This document shows positions 39,529 to 51,730 of a stretch of 64,000 nt of DNA, one piece after another. The translations under genes and the position numbers were made by a program. The number at the start of each line of letters is the position of its first letter. The stretch's first letter is position 1. The notes below the pieces were generated by a model that was not told the DNA's origin, searched no databases, and was given only the letters and a program-made list of their open reading frames with translations. This stretch comes from Botryllus schlosseri (taxonomy: Eukaryota), in the NCBI GenBank assembly GCA_051294905.1, contig CM119371.1, positions 36,396,001 to 36,460,000 on the forward strand, written 5' to 3'.

Positions 39529-40338
39529 CAGGGGTGGGTAAACTTTTGAGCTCACGGGCCGCATTCAACATTTGAATCCATTCGCGGGCTACACGATATT
39601 GGGATTATAAACCAAAAACGCAATATTGGTATTTGATTATATAGTTAGGACATGGAGATAATATATATGATAGAATGACTAATGCCAATTTTGGTTCAGT
39701 CCCAGGACACACATCTCGTTTAGGATTTCTGTGATGTTTAGCATCAGTTGAAACCTGCTAAACTGAAACTGCGTGGACCTTGAGATTCGGGCTGTCGCGT
39801 TAGAAATTAAACGTAAAAAATAATATAGGAAGTATTTACCATGGAACAGTGGCTCTCAAACTTTTTAAGACACGCCCCTTCCCCCCTTATGATGGTGAAA
39901 GATTTTGCGCCCCCCTTATCGTCATATCAAAAAACGCAACCAGGATGCTAGCAAACCTAATGGATAGTTTGATGGCATGGAAGTTACGACGGTGGATGAG
40001 AGATTTTTAAATATGAAATTCATACTAAATACAGAACAATCATTATGAATTGGACGCAATCGCGCGGAGCGCGAAAGTTTTTCTGTTAAGCTCAGCTTCG
40101 CGGCCCCTTTAGATGCTTTAAAGTCCCCAAGGGGGGTGCGCCCATCAGTTTGAGAACCACTGCATTAGAATTATCATGGTGAAATATGTTGAGAAAAAGT
40201 TTAATCAAGTCCTTGCATTAGTTCGATTTTTATGGTACGCATTTCATCAATATGTTTATGAAGTTTCTTTCTCGCGGGCCGCACAGAATGGTGTTGCGGG
40301 CCACATGCGGCCCGCAGGCTGTAGTTTGCTCACCCCTG
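39529..40338. mobile_element. hAT MITE with nested MITE 39847-40162
   Basis: CAGGGGTGGGTAAAC / GTTTGCTCACCCCTG. TSD TTCTAGAC/GTCTAGAC. Confidence 0.85.
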
Positions 40339-41366
40339 GTCTAGACTCTGGAGCTAGACTCTAGAGCACGGGTCACCATCAGTAGGCCCGCCAAGTGTGT
40401 TTTTGTGACCCACGACCTGGTTTCATATTTCGGAAAATATATATCATTATTGTATTTTTAAATCCTTGAAATATTATATTTTTAAAATCTTGCTCGTTTT
40501 CGCAAAGATTTCTTCCCTTACTTATTATATCGCCATTCTTCGCAGTAACATATGGCTATGACATTACTAATAGAGTGGTCCCAAAAGTCGATATGCTGAC
40601 GAAACTGAATCCATCTCGCCCTTACACTAGCAATTAGCAAGCCATGGTCAACACAATGCAGTGGCTATCAACCGGGGGTCCGCGAATCACTTTCGCGGGG
40701 TCCGAAAAACCTCTAAATTTGCTTGGTGGTTGATAGCCTAATTTTTATTTTATTTTCAAATTAGGCAACTTACAAGGCAGTTTCGCTTCACTACTGCTAC
40801 AATCTCAGTACTCACATCAATATAATGACCGCCTCGGAGGAAATATCCTACTGTGCAAACTCATTTCAATAGCCGAATTGCCAACAGCCCACTGATACGA
40901 AAATATTGCTGTTTGGAGATGTTTTGTTGGGGTTTGTGGAATAGTTGGAACGGTAAGGTCAATCAGCGTGACTTCGAAATCTTTGTAAATAATATTATTA
41001 TTTTTAAAAGACGATAATTGATAATTGAGCTAAATCTGAACTAAAACTTGGGGAGGCGGTCCGCGGGGGTACGTGACGGTCCAAAAAGGGTTCGGGAGGC
41101 CGAAAAGGTTGAGAATCACTGACATAATCGCTCACGACTGACAGAGCATCTCCATGCGGTATTGACACAAGCAAATCAAAGACCGATCAAGCATGCATGA
41201 AATTCGGGCATGGAATAATGATAAATCTGCATCACTCGTGGAGAAACCAACTTTTATTGTCCTCGTGGGAAGAATGCTGGCCGAAGCGAAACACGTTTAG
41301 GGGCTTCAGTCAAATATCAGCATGGTATGGCTTCAAATACGTTGTGCCAAGACCATATACCTATAC

Positions 41367-42154
41367 CAGGGGTGGCCAACCTGCGGCCGTAGAAGGGAAT
41401 TTGTGCAGCCGTGGACTCGTGATTCAATTAGTATGCGTTGGCGGCCGTCAACATGAAATTTAAATTTACGAATTGACTACCGATTTCTTGAGAGATTTTA
41501 TTTAATCATGAAAGTTTTTTCGCGCTAGGCAAGATTCAATGTGGCTTCATTTTTCGATTTTAATATAGTAGCGCCCTTTGAAATCAGAGCCAACAGTGCC
41601 GATTCGAACGGCAGAGGATAATGACGCGCCCCCATATAGAAGTACCAACTCGGAATCGTGCGCTTGTCCACTGTACTGACAATCCTGATGAAAGGCCAAG
41701 AAATAATAACATACAACAAAGTGACGAAGATCAATTGGCCCACCCGAAGATGCATCATCATTCATAACTTTCCCTAAATCTTCGAAAACACCCCTTCCGT
41801 CAACTCACCGGTGAATCAATCTAATCACATGGACTGAGAAAGGGTAAATGTTTGACAGTAATATGTAAAACCACTAATATTAATGACAAAATTCATTGGT
41901 CAATCTGAAAAAAAATTCGCGCTTGGCGCGGCTACGAGCTAAACTCATAACATGACCAGAACAGTGACCACTCGCGATTTTGGTGCGTATAATATACCTA
42001 TACATGATCAAATAGATTAGTACGGAGTTCACCGGAAATGGACACAGTAGACACTTTAACATGGGTATTTGGCGTCCATGCCCTGGAATTCGGCCGTAGT
42101 CAACATGAGTAGACGAAATGCGGCCGTGAATGACAAAAAGGTTGGCCACCCCTG
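41367..42154. mobile_element. hAT MITE (inverted relative at 45306-45841)
   Basis: CAGGGGTGGCCAACC / GGTTGGCCACCCCTG. TSD ACCTATAC/ACCTATAA. Confidence 0.87.
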
Positions 42155-42162
42155 ACCTATAA

Positions 42163-43210
42163 CCACAACGTCATGGAATGTGAGGAGGGCGTCTGCCGAT
42201 ATAAACTTTACTAAACTATTTGTGAAAGGTCAACCCGGGGCGGCAACAATTGTCCACGAGTATATCAATGGCACATATGACGAAGGATTTTCGAAAATAT
42301 TCACAGATGGAGCGAAAAGCCAAGCAGGTGCCGCCGGGGCGTTTTATATCTCTAAAAGTATATACGGAACAAAATCGTTAGGGAACAACTCGTCGTCATT
42401 CACCGCCGAGATTGTCGGAATTCAGCTGGAAATAGACTGGGTGAATGGAAATGCGCATCAGGACATTCTATTACTTGTTGATTGCTTAGGTGACCTTCAA
42501 GCGAATCAGGAGATGGAAGTGAAGACTCATCACCTTATCGGAGAGATTCTGCAAGGCATCCACGCACTGAAAGGAGGAGGAATCGGTGTAGTATTGGTAT
42601 GGATTCCTGGACATTGCGGAATTCACGGGAACGAGAAAGCAGGTCTCCTAGCGAAAGCGAAAGCCGACTCTCCTGTCCTACAAGACGACGAACCAAGCCT
42701 GATTTCGAAGAAAATCATTAAAATCACACGAACACATAAGTATGAAGGGTGGAACTCGAGATTTGCAGGGTCCGAAACTGCAGAACAATTCAAAAAGTTT
42801 GTTCCGGATGTTTATTCAGCTGTTGGCTTCACTGAAATGCCGAAGAAAAGCCAGTCAATTCTATTCCGCCTACAAACCGGGCATTGTGGATTAAAAGCAC
42901 ATCTCAAAAGAATTGGAATGTCGGATTCTCCGAATTGCGAATGGTGTAATGAACTAGAAGACGTATCACACTACGTAATGTACTGTCGAAAGTACTGTCG
43001 CCGAAGGAAATCGCTAATTAACAAATGCTCGCACCTCAAAGTACCAATGAAATTGGAAGTCCTACTGAAGGACGCACGTCTCTACAAGGATGGTGATAGA
43101 TTTCCCTCTATCAACGAATGCAGTCATCTAAGGCATGAACAATTCTCGCGGAAATGGCGAACAAAACCATTGAGTTAACATCGCCAATCAAATCACGCTC
43201 AACAACAATA
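42163..43210 (+). mobile_element. 5'-truncated I-group LINE: RNase H + CCHC zinc knuckle (ORF 42180-43178)
   Basis: IFTDGAK, SFTAEIVGI, LVWIPGHCGIHGNEKA, RLQTGHC, CEWC...DVSHYVMYC. Short CAA-repeat tail at ~43200. May extend left to ~41130 across the MITE insertion. Confidence 0.9.
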
Positions 43211-45212
43211 AGCATCATGTCTCAGCGAAGCGCGGTCTGACATCGGGGCGGGGATACTACAGAATATCAATCATGCTATAATCAATAAATATAATTCATA
43301 GAGCTGCATTAGGGCAAAGCAGTGATTCTTTTCAACAATATGTAGGCTACTACGGGTGTTAGACAACAACACGTTACATTGATAGAGCGTCTATTCCCAT
43401 TTCTGATAGCTAATCAGGTGCCAAATATTATGTGTCGACATGTTAAAATCGTGCAGCCAGCGGCGTCTATCAAGTTAGGAAAGTGTCCCGCGACCTATGT
43501 TGAGTTGGCGACTCCTGGTGTACAAGGTAAAGATGTACGGAATGATTTCGCGAGATAAATACTACGGGGTTAAATCTGAGCGTATGGAAGATAATAAATA
43601 AACGAAACCATATTCGGGACTTGATAAAATAATAATATCGCTCTGTCCTGTCAGTTATGTCACGAAATTAACACCCGCACCGTGGGCTATCGTACTGTCT
43701 TGCAAATCATGCACAGGAACTGAACATGTGGACCTGGTGAGACTAGAGCCTGACCGGCCCGCCGGCGCGGATATAAGCGATCGTAGAAATATGGCGTTAT
43801 TACATCGTCTATACCTCGCTCTTCGGTCATTATATTTGCCTTGTATTGTCTGCACTAAGCATCGCAAATTGCTAGTATATTTATTCTAAAAAGCAGATAC
43901 TATCCCTCCATTGCTTTGCTTTGTACCCTCAGGCGACGGTCTGCCAGATCCCGCCTGATTTATTATGAAGCACAGCCGCGGGCGGTAATCACCATCACGC
44001 TTCCGTTCTGTTTGAGCTTTGCAGGAAACGTTGGCGCTTTCGAATGATAATGGCGACAAGACAGTCAAGGTTCACGAGTCATTCTGTGTTTGCTGCTGGG
44101 TAAGACTGATCAACGAAGGCATAGGAGTTAACTTGAAGTTTCTGTCATATAGTATAAGCCTTTTGGGGTGGTAATGCTGTAGCTATATCGTATGCCCGAA
44201 TAAATGGAAATAAAACAGGATGCATTTTCCAAATTACTGTAACCAATTAGACAGTCCTTGAAATATCTCACAATTTGATAATGGAAGTGAAAATATCAGT
44301 TTATCGGCAAAATTATGTAGTTGGCCCGTATTGATACATATTCTGAAGCAATCTGAAGCAATGTATTAAATGTGTAGTTAGATGCGTATTGCGTGAGATT
44401 TTTGTTTTTATACTTCAGCTGAAATTTGTGACTCGTGGTAGCTTGCAGATTAGCGTAGTGTTCCCCAGGTTAGGGAAGGTTACGAACCACTGCTCGGGCG
44501 CATGGTACACTCTTATCCACGATCGTGACTAATCCAGGCTCCGCATATTGGCCCTACAATTAAACGCCAAGCATTTTGACATGATCAAGGATGACGCAGA
44601 TTGGTTATTTCAGTTTATTGTTGGTGCAGATAAGAAAGCATTCTAGACCAGGGATCTGTTGAAAAGTCGAAACGAATCAACATATCGCTCATCAGTGCAT
44701 TATTAGTTAATGGAGTTCGCCAATGAAATATATCTGAGGGTATTTTATGCGGCATGGATTTACTGAAATGACTTTTTATGGTAATGACTAGATACAGGTA
44801 AAACTAGGCCTCGGGTTACTCACGTTTTATATACTGGGAAATCGCAATCTACGTTTATTTGAGAAGGAATATAAGGCGTTACTTTCATTTTCAAATGAGT
44901 ATCGGCGATGACTACTTTTACCACTTCTGCGTGTAAGCTGACATAAAATAAACGCATCAATATTACCAGTCTGACAGTCATAGATTATAGTTTTCTGGCT
45001 CCCAGGAACGGCACTAAAATTGCCCATTTATTTTTGCTTCTATTGCTGATATCAACATATACACTATACAGCCAACAGTGTTATAAAAACCGGTGCGTTT
45101 CATAAAGCAAGGAACTGTTCTTCCCATGCTTAAAGATTGCTTGATTCCTCTCATAGAAATGAGGGGTCACGGTCGGGTACTTCAATAACAATAGATAATA
45201 GGCTCTCTTGAC

Positions 45213-46499
45213 CAGCGGTCCTCAACCTATTTTTACACGCGCCCCCCCCTGACCCCCCCCCCCCTTACATTTATCGTCATGTCAAAAAGAAAACATCATC
45301 TAATACAGAGGTGGGCAACCTTCCTGCTAATCATGGCCGCATTTCGATTACTTATGTAGCCTAAGGCCGCATTCCAGGGCACAGCCGAAATGAACGATCT
45401 GGACGCAAAATACCTATGGTAAACTGACCATATCCATTCCCGGTGAACTCCGGACTTTTCTACTTTTCACAACGGCCTATTGTACGCACCGAAATCGCGA
45501 GTGGTAATGTTATGAATAGTCGCTGGGAGTGCATATTGTCGCGCGGAACGCGAAAAATTTTCAGAGTTGCAAATGAATTGTTATTTCTTGAGGATTCCCA
45601 TTCCTGCTCCAATTAAGAAGGGCGCTACTGCATTAAAATCGAAAAATGAAGTCTTGTTGAATTGCGCGGAGCGCGAAGAAAATCTCGAATTTAAATAAAA
45701 TCTCTCGAAAATTCGGGAGTGAATTCGTGATCGCAATTTGCATGTCTACGGTTGCCAACACATACTAATTGAATTAGGCGTCGACGGCCCCACAAATTCC
45801 CTTCTACGGCCGCATGCGGCCGTACGGGCTGCCCACCCCTGATATAATAGCATACATAAGGTATATCTTACGCCAATTTTGAATCTGCATTATAGTTGTC
45901 TTTTACATTGCTGACGAACTTCCTCAAACTTGTTTGAAAACAAAAAAAAAGCATTGAAAAGGACATCAATTAATTTCAAGGTAGGCTGCACTGAGACTAA
46001 TCCTGATGCTGGTAGTGACTACAGAGAGCACGGCGTCGTTCTGTCCTGCCATGCTAAATTTTATCAGTTTTGGAAATGAATTAAATTGTGTTGATTTATT
46101 GCCAAATTGAGGGCGAAACCGGGCAACCTATATTGCATCTAAGTCTGTATTAGGCAGTGCAGTTCGCCATCTATCAACAACAGATAACTAGCGCACATAG
46201 ATTTAGGCTTGCCAAAGCTATAAAGTAATGAATGACTTGCACGTAGGAATTTCTCTAAATCTTCAAAGAATATCAAAAATTTGCTCAAATGAAGTTGAAA
46301 TCAGCATATACTCCGTTGAGCGCGAATGCTGGAGTTAGAATTGGGCGAGATTTCTTGAATACGAAATAAGTTTCATCTTTAACAGTCGTCTTCTCAGATT
46401 GATTGTGGAGCACATTTTTAGTCAGAATTCATACAGACGGGGTTAATTTCTCGCGCCCCCTCTGCGAGCTTCCTGGGCCCCCCAGGTTGAGAACCCCTG
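45213..46499. mobile_element. hAT MITE with nested MITE 45306-45841
   Basis: CAGCGGTCCTCAACC / GGTTGAGAACCCCTG. The nested element has TSD ATCTAATA/ATATAATA. Confidence 0.7.
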
Positions 46500-46985
46500 C
46501 TATAGAGTACAGAGCTGGGGATCTTAAACATGGGTGACATGGGCTTGAGCTTACCACATGCAGCGCTTGTTGAGGTAAACGATCATGCTCTTATATTACC
46601 GTATAACGATACTTGGCATATCTAAATAAACTGTGGTAAATTTCTTGTTTCTCTACTGCCACGGTGATAAGAGCGTGACCTACATTGGATATCTTACTAT
46701 AGTTCTTCCATAACCCGTGTCCTCTCCTTATTATTGAGGCTAATTGATAAGCGCTATCGGAAAATTCAGTATTTCGTTTTTCTACAATGATAAGCAAGCT
46801 ATAGTTTATTGGACTGGTCTATTTTGGTAATAAAGTCTTATCAAGCAATGTAAAAATGTGTTGGGAGTTTTTTGCTCTTTCCTCCATTTTGAGTTGGGGC
46901 TTGTGAGCAGAGCTTTTCAAGCCATGCAAGTGCACTATGAAAAGCTGATTTCGTGGCCAAATTTCCGTTTAACATATTTACACTG

Positions 46986-47644
46986 GGGCTCTTCAAAAAT
47001 GACTTTTTTTCTCAAATCGTACTGGCTACTTGATAATATTGTTAGGTTACCTAATTTAAGCCTACACACAAAATTTGGTTCAATTCCAGCCAGTAACCGC
47101 TTTGCTACAGGAGAAGAAAGTTTCTATTTATTATGTAAAAATAAATATTAAAAAATTTGAAAATTTTCTGTTCACCCCATGAAAGTGTTAGGCTGTCTAT
47201 AGAAACGATGCTCACCAAATTTGGTTCAATTCCAACCAGTGGAAGCGGAGTTATTGCCGTCGAAAAATTTGGATTTGAATAAAATAGTATTTACGGTGAC
47301 CGATTCTTTGTTTATTTATTATGGTTGTGCTCACCGTAAATACTATTTTATTCAAATCCAAATTTTTCGACGGCAATAGCTACGCTTTCACTGGTCGGAA
47401 TTAAACCAAATTTGGTGAGCATCGTTTCTATAGACAGCCTAACACTTTCATGGGGTGAACAGAAAATTTTCAAATTTTTTATTATTTATTTTTACATAAT
47501 AAATAGAAACTTTCTTCTCCTGTAGCAAAGCGGTAACTGACTGGAATTGAACCAAATTTTGTGTGTAGGCTTGAATTAGGTAACCTGACAATTTTATCAA
47601 GTAGCCAGTACGATTTGAGAAAAAAAGTCATTTTTGAAGAGCCC
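46986..47644. mobile_element. Foldback/palindromic MITE with 314-bp arms and 31-bp spacer
   Basis: 46986-47299 is a near-perfect reverse complement of 47331-47644. An older relative is at ~54068-54684. Confidence 0.93.
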
Positions 47645-48065
47645 TAATTTACACGTGTGTCGTTCCCTAACCCTCATTTCAAGTAACATCAATTCTTGGA
47701 GTGGTGATTTTCTGTTTCATTGAAGTGGAGTGGAGTCACTTCATTGCTACTCGTATTTGAATTCGACTAATTCCCCATCCTTGATGAACTCGACAGTAGT
47801 TGAGTTATGAAATGAGTTATATCATTTAATTTATGCCTATTATGATATGTTATTCTTTTTTTTTCGCATGCATCATCGAGATACTTTGACGACGGAGTTG
47901 CGATACGGCCGTGAGGTCATCTAGTCTGCGCCCCCGTTTTTATGTAATCGTTAGAAGATCTTCTTGGGGGTACTAAACTTCAATATACAATAAATAGTAT
48001 ATTCATGTTAAAATGACCCCGGTAATTCCAGTTGTCACTCGTCAGGGATAATCGTCAGCAACTAG

Positions 48066-48524
48066 CAGAGATGAGCAATTGAGCATTGACCATTGATTAG
48101 GATTTAAAAAACGGATTTGTTAGATTTTGTCGGATTTTGATTGGATTAGCATCAGAGATTTTTTCTGAGCTGATTAGGATTTGAATTGGATTTACCGATT
48201 TTCAGGGAGAGTGATATGGCGACAACATCAGTTATTAAAATACTTAAGGTGCACTACACTATGGTACACTGGGTGCGAATGAACATGAGAGGCGCAGCCG
48301 TATGCTAAGTTATCTTAAATCAAGAGAAATATTGGTTATGAAAGAAAAATTTCCAATCCCTCCCTTGCATAAAAAAATCTTTTCTGAATTTCAAGTTAGA
48401 ACCAGATTAGTTTTGGACGCGGATTCGAATATTCAAAAGTAATGGATTAGGATTTGGATTAGGACTTGAAGCTTCGGATTTGGATTGGATTAGGACATAG
48501 AAATTCCAAATCCACTCATCTCTG
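48066..48524. mobile_element. hAT MITE with GGATT repeats
   Basis: CAGAGATGAG / CTCATCTCTG. TSD GCAACTAG/GCAATTAG. Inserted into a long-TIR MITE. Confidence 0.82.
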
Positions 48525-48599
48525 GCAATTAGTAGAGCATTAGAAAGAACGTTATATAATTTATGAGATTGTTGATATACAACGCCCTTTCCAATTCAG

Positions 48600-48892
48600 G
48601 TTTGATGTCATCTTTCCGCACTTTCGACTCGACGAATTACGAGCAGTTGGGTTCTATGTCTGTAAAACAACAAGTGTACGCTCTCGCTTTGGACGATTGG
48701 GACCGTAACGTAGCCGTTATCGAAACGCCGAACGCCAGAGAATCGTCCGTGTCTGTTTGTCGGATGTATGAAGTAGGCATGATGCGTGAAGATGATGGGG
48801 GTGAAGCTTAGGAAAATGTGGACAGCACGGATGATAAATGCTTGCACTCTGAAAATGATGAGATCACGCTTGGAGACTATTCGCAAGTTTGA
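48600..48892 (+). pseudogene. DCAF1: DCAF1/VprBP C-terminal exon (end of WD40 region + acidic tail with internal TAG)
   Basis: TTCAG acceptor, then GLMSSFRTFDSTNYEQLGSMSVKQQVYALALDDWDRNVAVIETPNARESSVSVCRMYEVGMMREDDGGEA*ENVDSTDDK..., matching the DCAF1 SSFRTF...AVIE...VCRLYEVG pattern. Confidence 0.8.
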
Positions 48893-49204
48893 ATCCGACA
48901 GACCGTTCAGTCCGTATGGTAAATATCCGGGTGACTCTGGCTGGGAAACTGTATGAATGGTTAATTCTGATTTGAACCGGACTCGGTAACTACGAACCGC
49001 TGCCCAAGATCTTATTATCTTAACGCGATCGTCGCAAATCACTAGTGTATTTGGTGCAATTCAGATTTCACTGCTATGCTATTCGATGGTGTAAAAATTG
49101 TGTTCTTTTCGAGCGCTGCCTATGACGCAAAGGAGTTATCGTTAGTACACGAGAAGAAGCATAACGTCTTTACTTTCGAGTCGAGTACAAGTAGATATAA
49201 CGAT

Positions 49205-49721
49205 TAGGGCTGGGCACAATGATTCGAGTACTCGAATCTGAATCGAGTATTAATTTTAATGATTCGAGTCGAGTTGTAAAATACGATTTTTTCGAGTACT
49301 GAAATTACACGTTCCTCGCCAGTGAAAGTTAATTTATCAACGAGAATTATAGTTTCAATACTAATTTTCAATGCTGAAGCCTTGAAACCTTGATTGGCCG
49401 TATCGTAGCATACAAAACATACGGTACAAAGCTACGAACGTTACTGGAAATAGCACCATTACGAAGTCATGATCATCCCACAACATTGTCACCAAGTGCA
49501 ATGAAATCGGTATGGTCGAAAAAATACCAAAGTGTCTATAATATGATGGATAACGGGCATTATATTCTTTGTGGTCGCGTAAAAGGTATATATTTGAACT
49601 TTCACATATCACATCCAGTTATGACGTCATTATAAGTGATACTCGATTACTCGACTCGACTCGAAGCATATTACGTGATTCAGAATCGAATCACTCAGGT
49701 ACTCGATTTTGCCCAGCCCTA
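49205..49721. mobile_element. hAT MITE
   Basis: TAGGGCTGGGCA / TGCCCAGCCCTA. 8-bp TSD ATAACGAT. Confidence 0.88.
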
Positions 49722-50654
49722 ATAACGATGTCGAGGACACGTGAAAAGAAGATGTAACGTCGTGAAAGTTTTCGAGTAAGGTATTGTTTGGAACGGTAGA
49801 TTTAGTCGCGGAGTGGCACACTTTCATAGTTGTATGGCTTTGAATCGGCACTAAAGCAGATAATTGACAGTCAAAATGGACGGGAGTTCGGAAAATAAAG
49901 GCGGTTGCTTCATAGCGGCCTCTTTGCCCATTTTCTTTGTATATCCCACTCATATGTAGGTCATCATGCAAACATACTTTTTATAGGGTTACCATATTTT
50001 GAGATCCACTTTATCGAAAAAAAAAACTGGTTAATTTAGAAATTCTTTTGGGTAATAGTACTGTGTTGAATGCAAAAATATCATTTTGCCACTCGACTTT
50101 TCATTCATTATCTTGCCAAACCTGTCGTTTGATGCGTTGGAGTACCGTTTTTGATCGCATTTCAACACTTTCTAGAAAAAGAGGACATTCGCAAAAAAGA
50201 CGAGTAGCCTATACATATGGTAAAGGTAATTCACACAACAATCAATGTCTGAAAAGTAGAGAGTTTTGACTCGAAATACCGCCCAAGCGCAATTGAAAGT
50301 AGTGGAAACTATATTAGCATGTGTCCAAAATCAATTTGAATACGACGACAAAACATACAGTACTGAGCGAGTGATTCCATTCCGAATCAAATATTAGGCT
50401 TCGATTCGAGGATCACACATTACGGCGTCATAACGGTATGGGCAGGGGTCTTTAAATTTTACTTAAGTACAATTTAGCAAAAATAGCTTATTTTATACTC
50501 AACCAGAATTTTAAATTATACTAAATTATACTTTTATGAAAAATGGCTTTCCTGGCGTTGGAGGGTACCATACTGAGACTTTTATGTGAAAACAAGCTCG
50601 TGTTTTGCGTTACTCCACCTGCCGGTGTTTCAAGTTTAATGATCTAACCAAAAA

Positions 50655-51730
50655 TCACACAAGTTTCAGCATATCTTGAAACTGTTTTGCATGAAGGTAG
50701 CCCTCGAGCGAGAAATCGGTCAGGCTCTCCCGGTAGTCATCCTTTTTCAATTCCGATGGCGGAAAAATCCGCCTCCGCTGGCGCCGTCGTTGGAAACACG
50801 GTCGAGAGCGTTCCGCAGAAGTCCTTTAGGGTGGGCAGGTGGATGTTTATACCCTCGAGGACACCCCAAGCGTCCCTGAAGATGCTGTCAGGGCCCTCCT
50901 CCTCCGACGTAATGCGGAAATTGTCATGGTCTCTGTAAAAGTCCCGCAGTTAAGCGTGCTCCGTCTCCACATCCTCGAGTTTTTCTTCGGCCCACCCAGC
51001 TGCTCGAAGCCGTCCTGACTGTTAGCGATTCGCGAACCAAGTCAGAGACAGCTGAACGACGCAACTAAACCAGCTCCTTCGGGAGCGTCGGTGGTATCTC
51101 GTTGTTTTTGATGTCCGCGTTGTTTGCCAGAAGATCACAGACGCCATGAAGTAGGGTACAAACCAGAAGGCTGACTCCCCTTAGAACAGTTTTCCTTGTA
51201 GCCTCCGAAATTTCATCAAGTTTGGCCTGCACAAAAAGTCCTATGTCGAGAATGAACTCCTGAACATTTGTCATGGAAACAGAAACTGAGATAGTGTAAT
51301 GGTTATGCGTCCGGCTTCTCGAGCGGTAGGTCGTGGGTTCGATCCTCGGCCGGGTCATACCATAGACTCGAAAAATGGTATCAGCAGCTATCCTGCTAGG
51401 CGCTCAGCAATCACGGATAGCATGGAGGAGAAAAAAAAACGGGGGCGCAGACTAGATGACCTCATGGGGCCGTATCGCAACTCCGTCGCCAAAGCATCTC
51501 GATGGTGCAGGCGAGAAAGAATATCATATCTCTCTCTGACGTATTGTAATTCACCCTGGAAGCCATCCTCCTCACGAAGCTCTGTAGTTGCTGAACACAA
51601 GTCTGCACCCCCGCCGCTGCCGGTCTCCCCACCCAACCGCCAGCCAGCACCTGTGGGAGCCAGCAGGGCCCGAACGGAAGCGATAAACCCGTCAATTCGT
51701 TTCTTAGAGACTCCGGTGAACTGACAAACA
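50655..51730 (-). pseudogene. Divergent hAT-like transposase C-terminal remnant, interrupted by a SINE
   Basis: EIPPTLPKELV ... FRDAWGVL ... LKDFCGTLSTVFPTTAPAEADFSAIGIEK/DDYRESLTDFSLEGYLHAKQF, a hAT dimerisation-like region. Stops and frameshifts; GC-rich. Confidence 0.72.
51283..51537 (+). mobile_element. tRNA-derived SINE (probable MetaSINE-type central domain)
   Basis: A box TAGTGTAATGGT and B box GGTTCGATCC, followed by GGTCATACC..GACT..AAAAATGGTA..CCTGCT.GGCGCTCAGCA and a (CT)n tail. An inverted 3' fragment is at ~47852-47938. Confidence 0.85.

Larger units (their letters stand above)
33900..48892 (+). pseudogene. DCAF1: Decayed, intron-containing DCAF1/VprBP-like pseudogene
   Basis: Collinear remnants resembling DCAF1 as recalled: NSIL/HVLR (~34010); NADAYD...TEC...FRILFEL...REL*I.I (36640-36850); LAEKLVPTD/ACRL (38730-38860); SRFRSV*ALQE...FCVCC (43995-44099); SSFRTFDSTNY...VAVIE...VCRMYEVG plus acidic tail (48600-48892). 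Stops and frameshifts throughout. Confidence 0.62.

Noticed and set aside
48608..49042. 144-aa minus-strand ORF
   Set aside because: Antisense to the DCAF1-like exon.
51283..51357. Functional tRNA gene
   Set aside because: No clean acceptor stem; it continues into a SINE body and tail.
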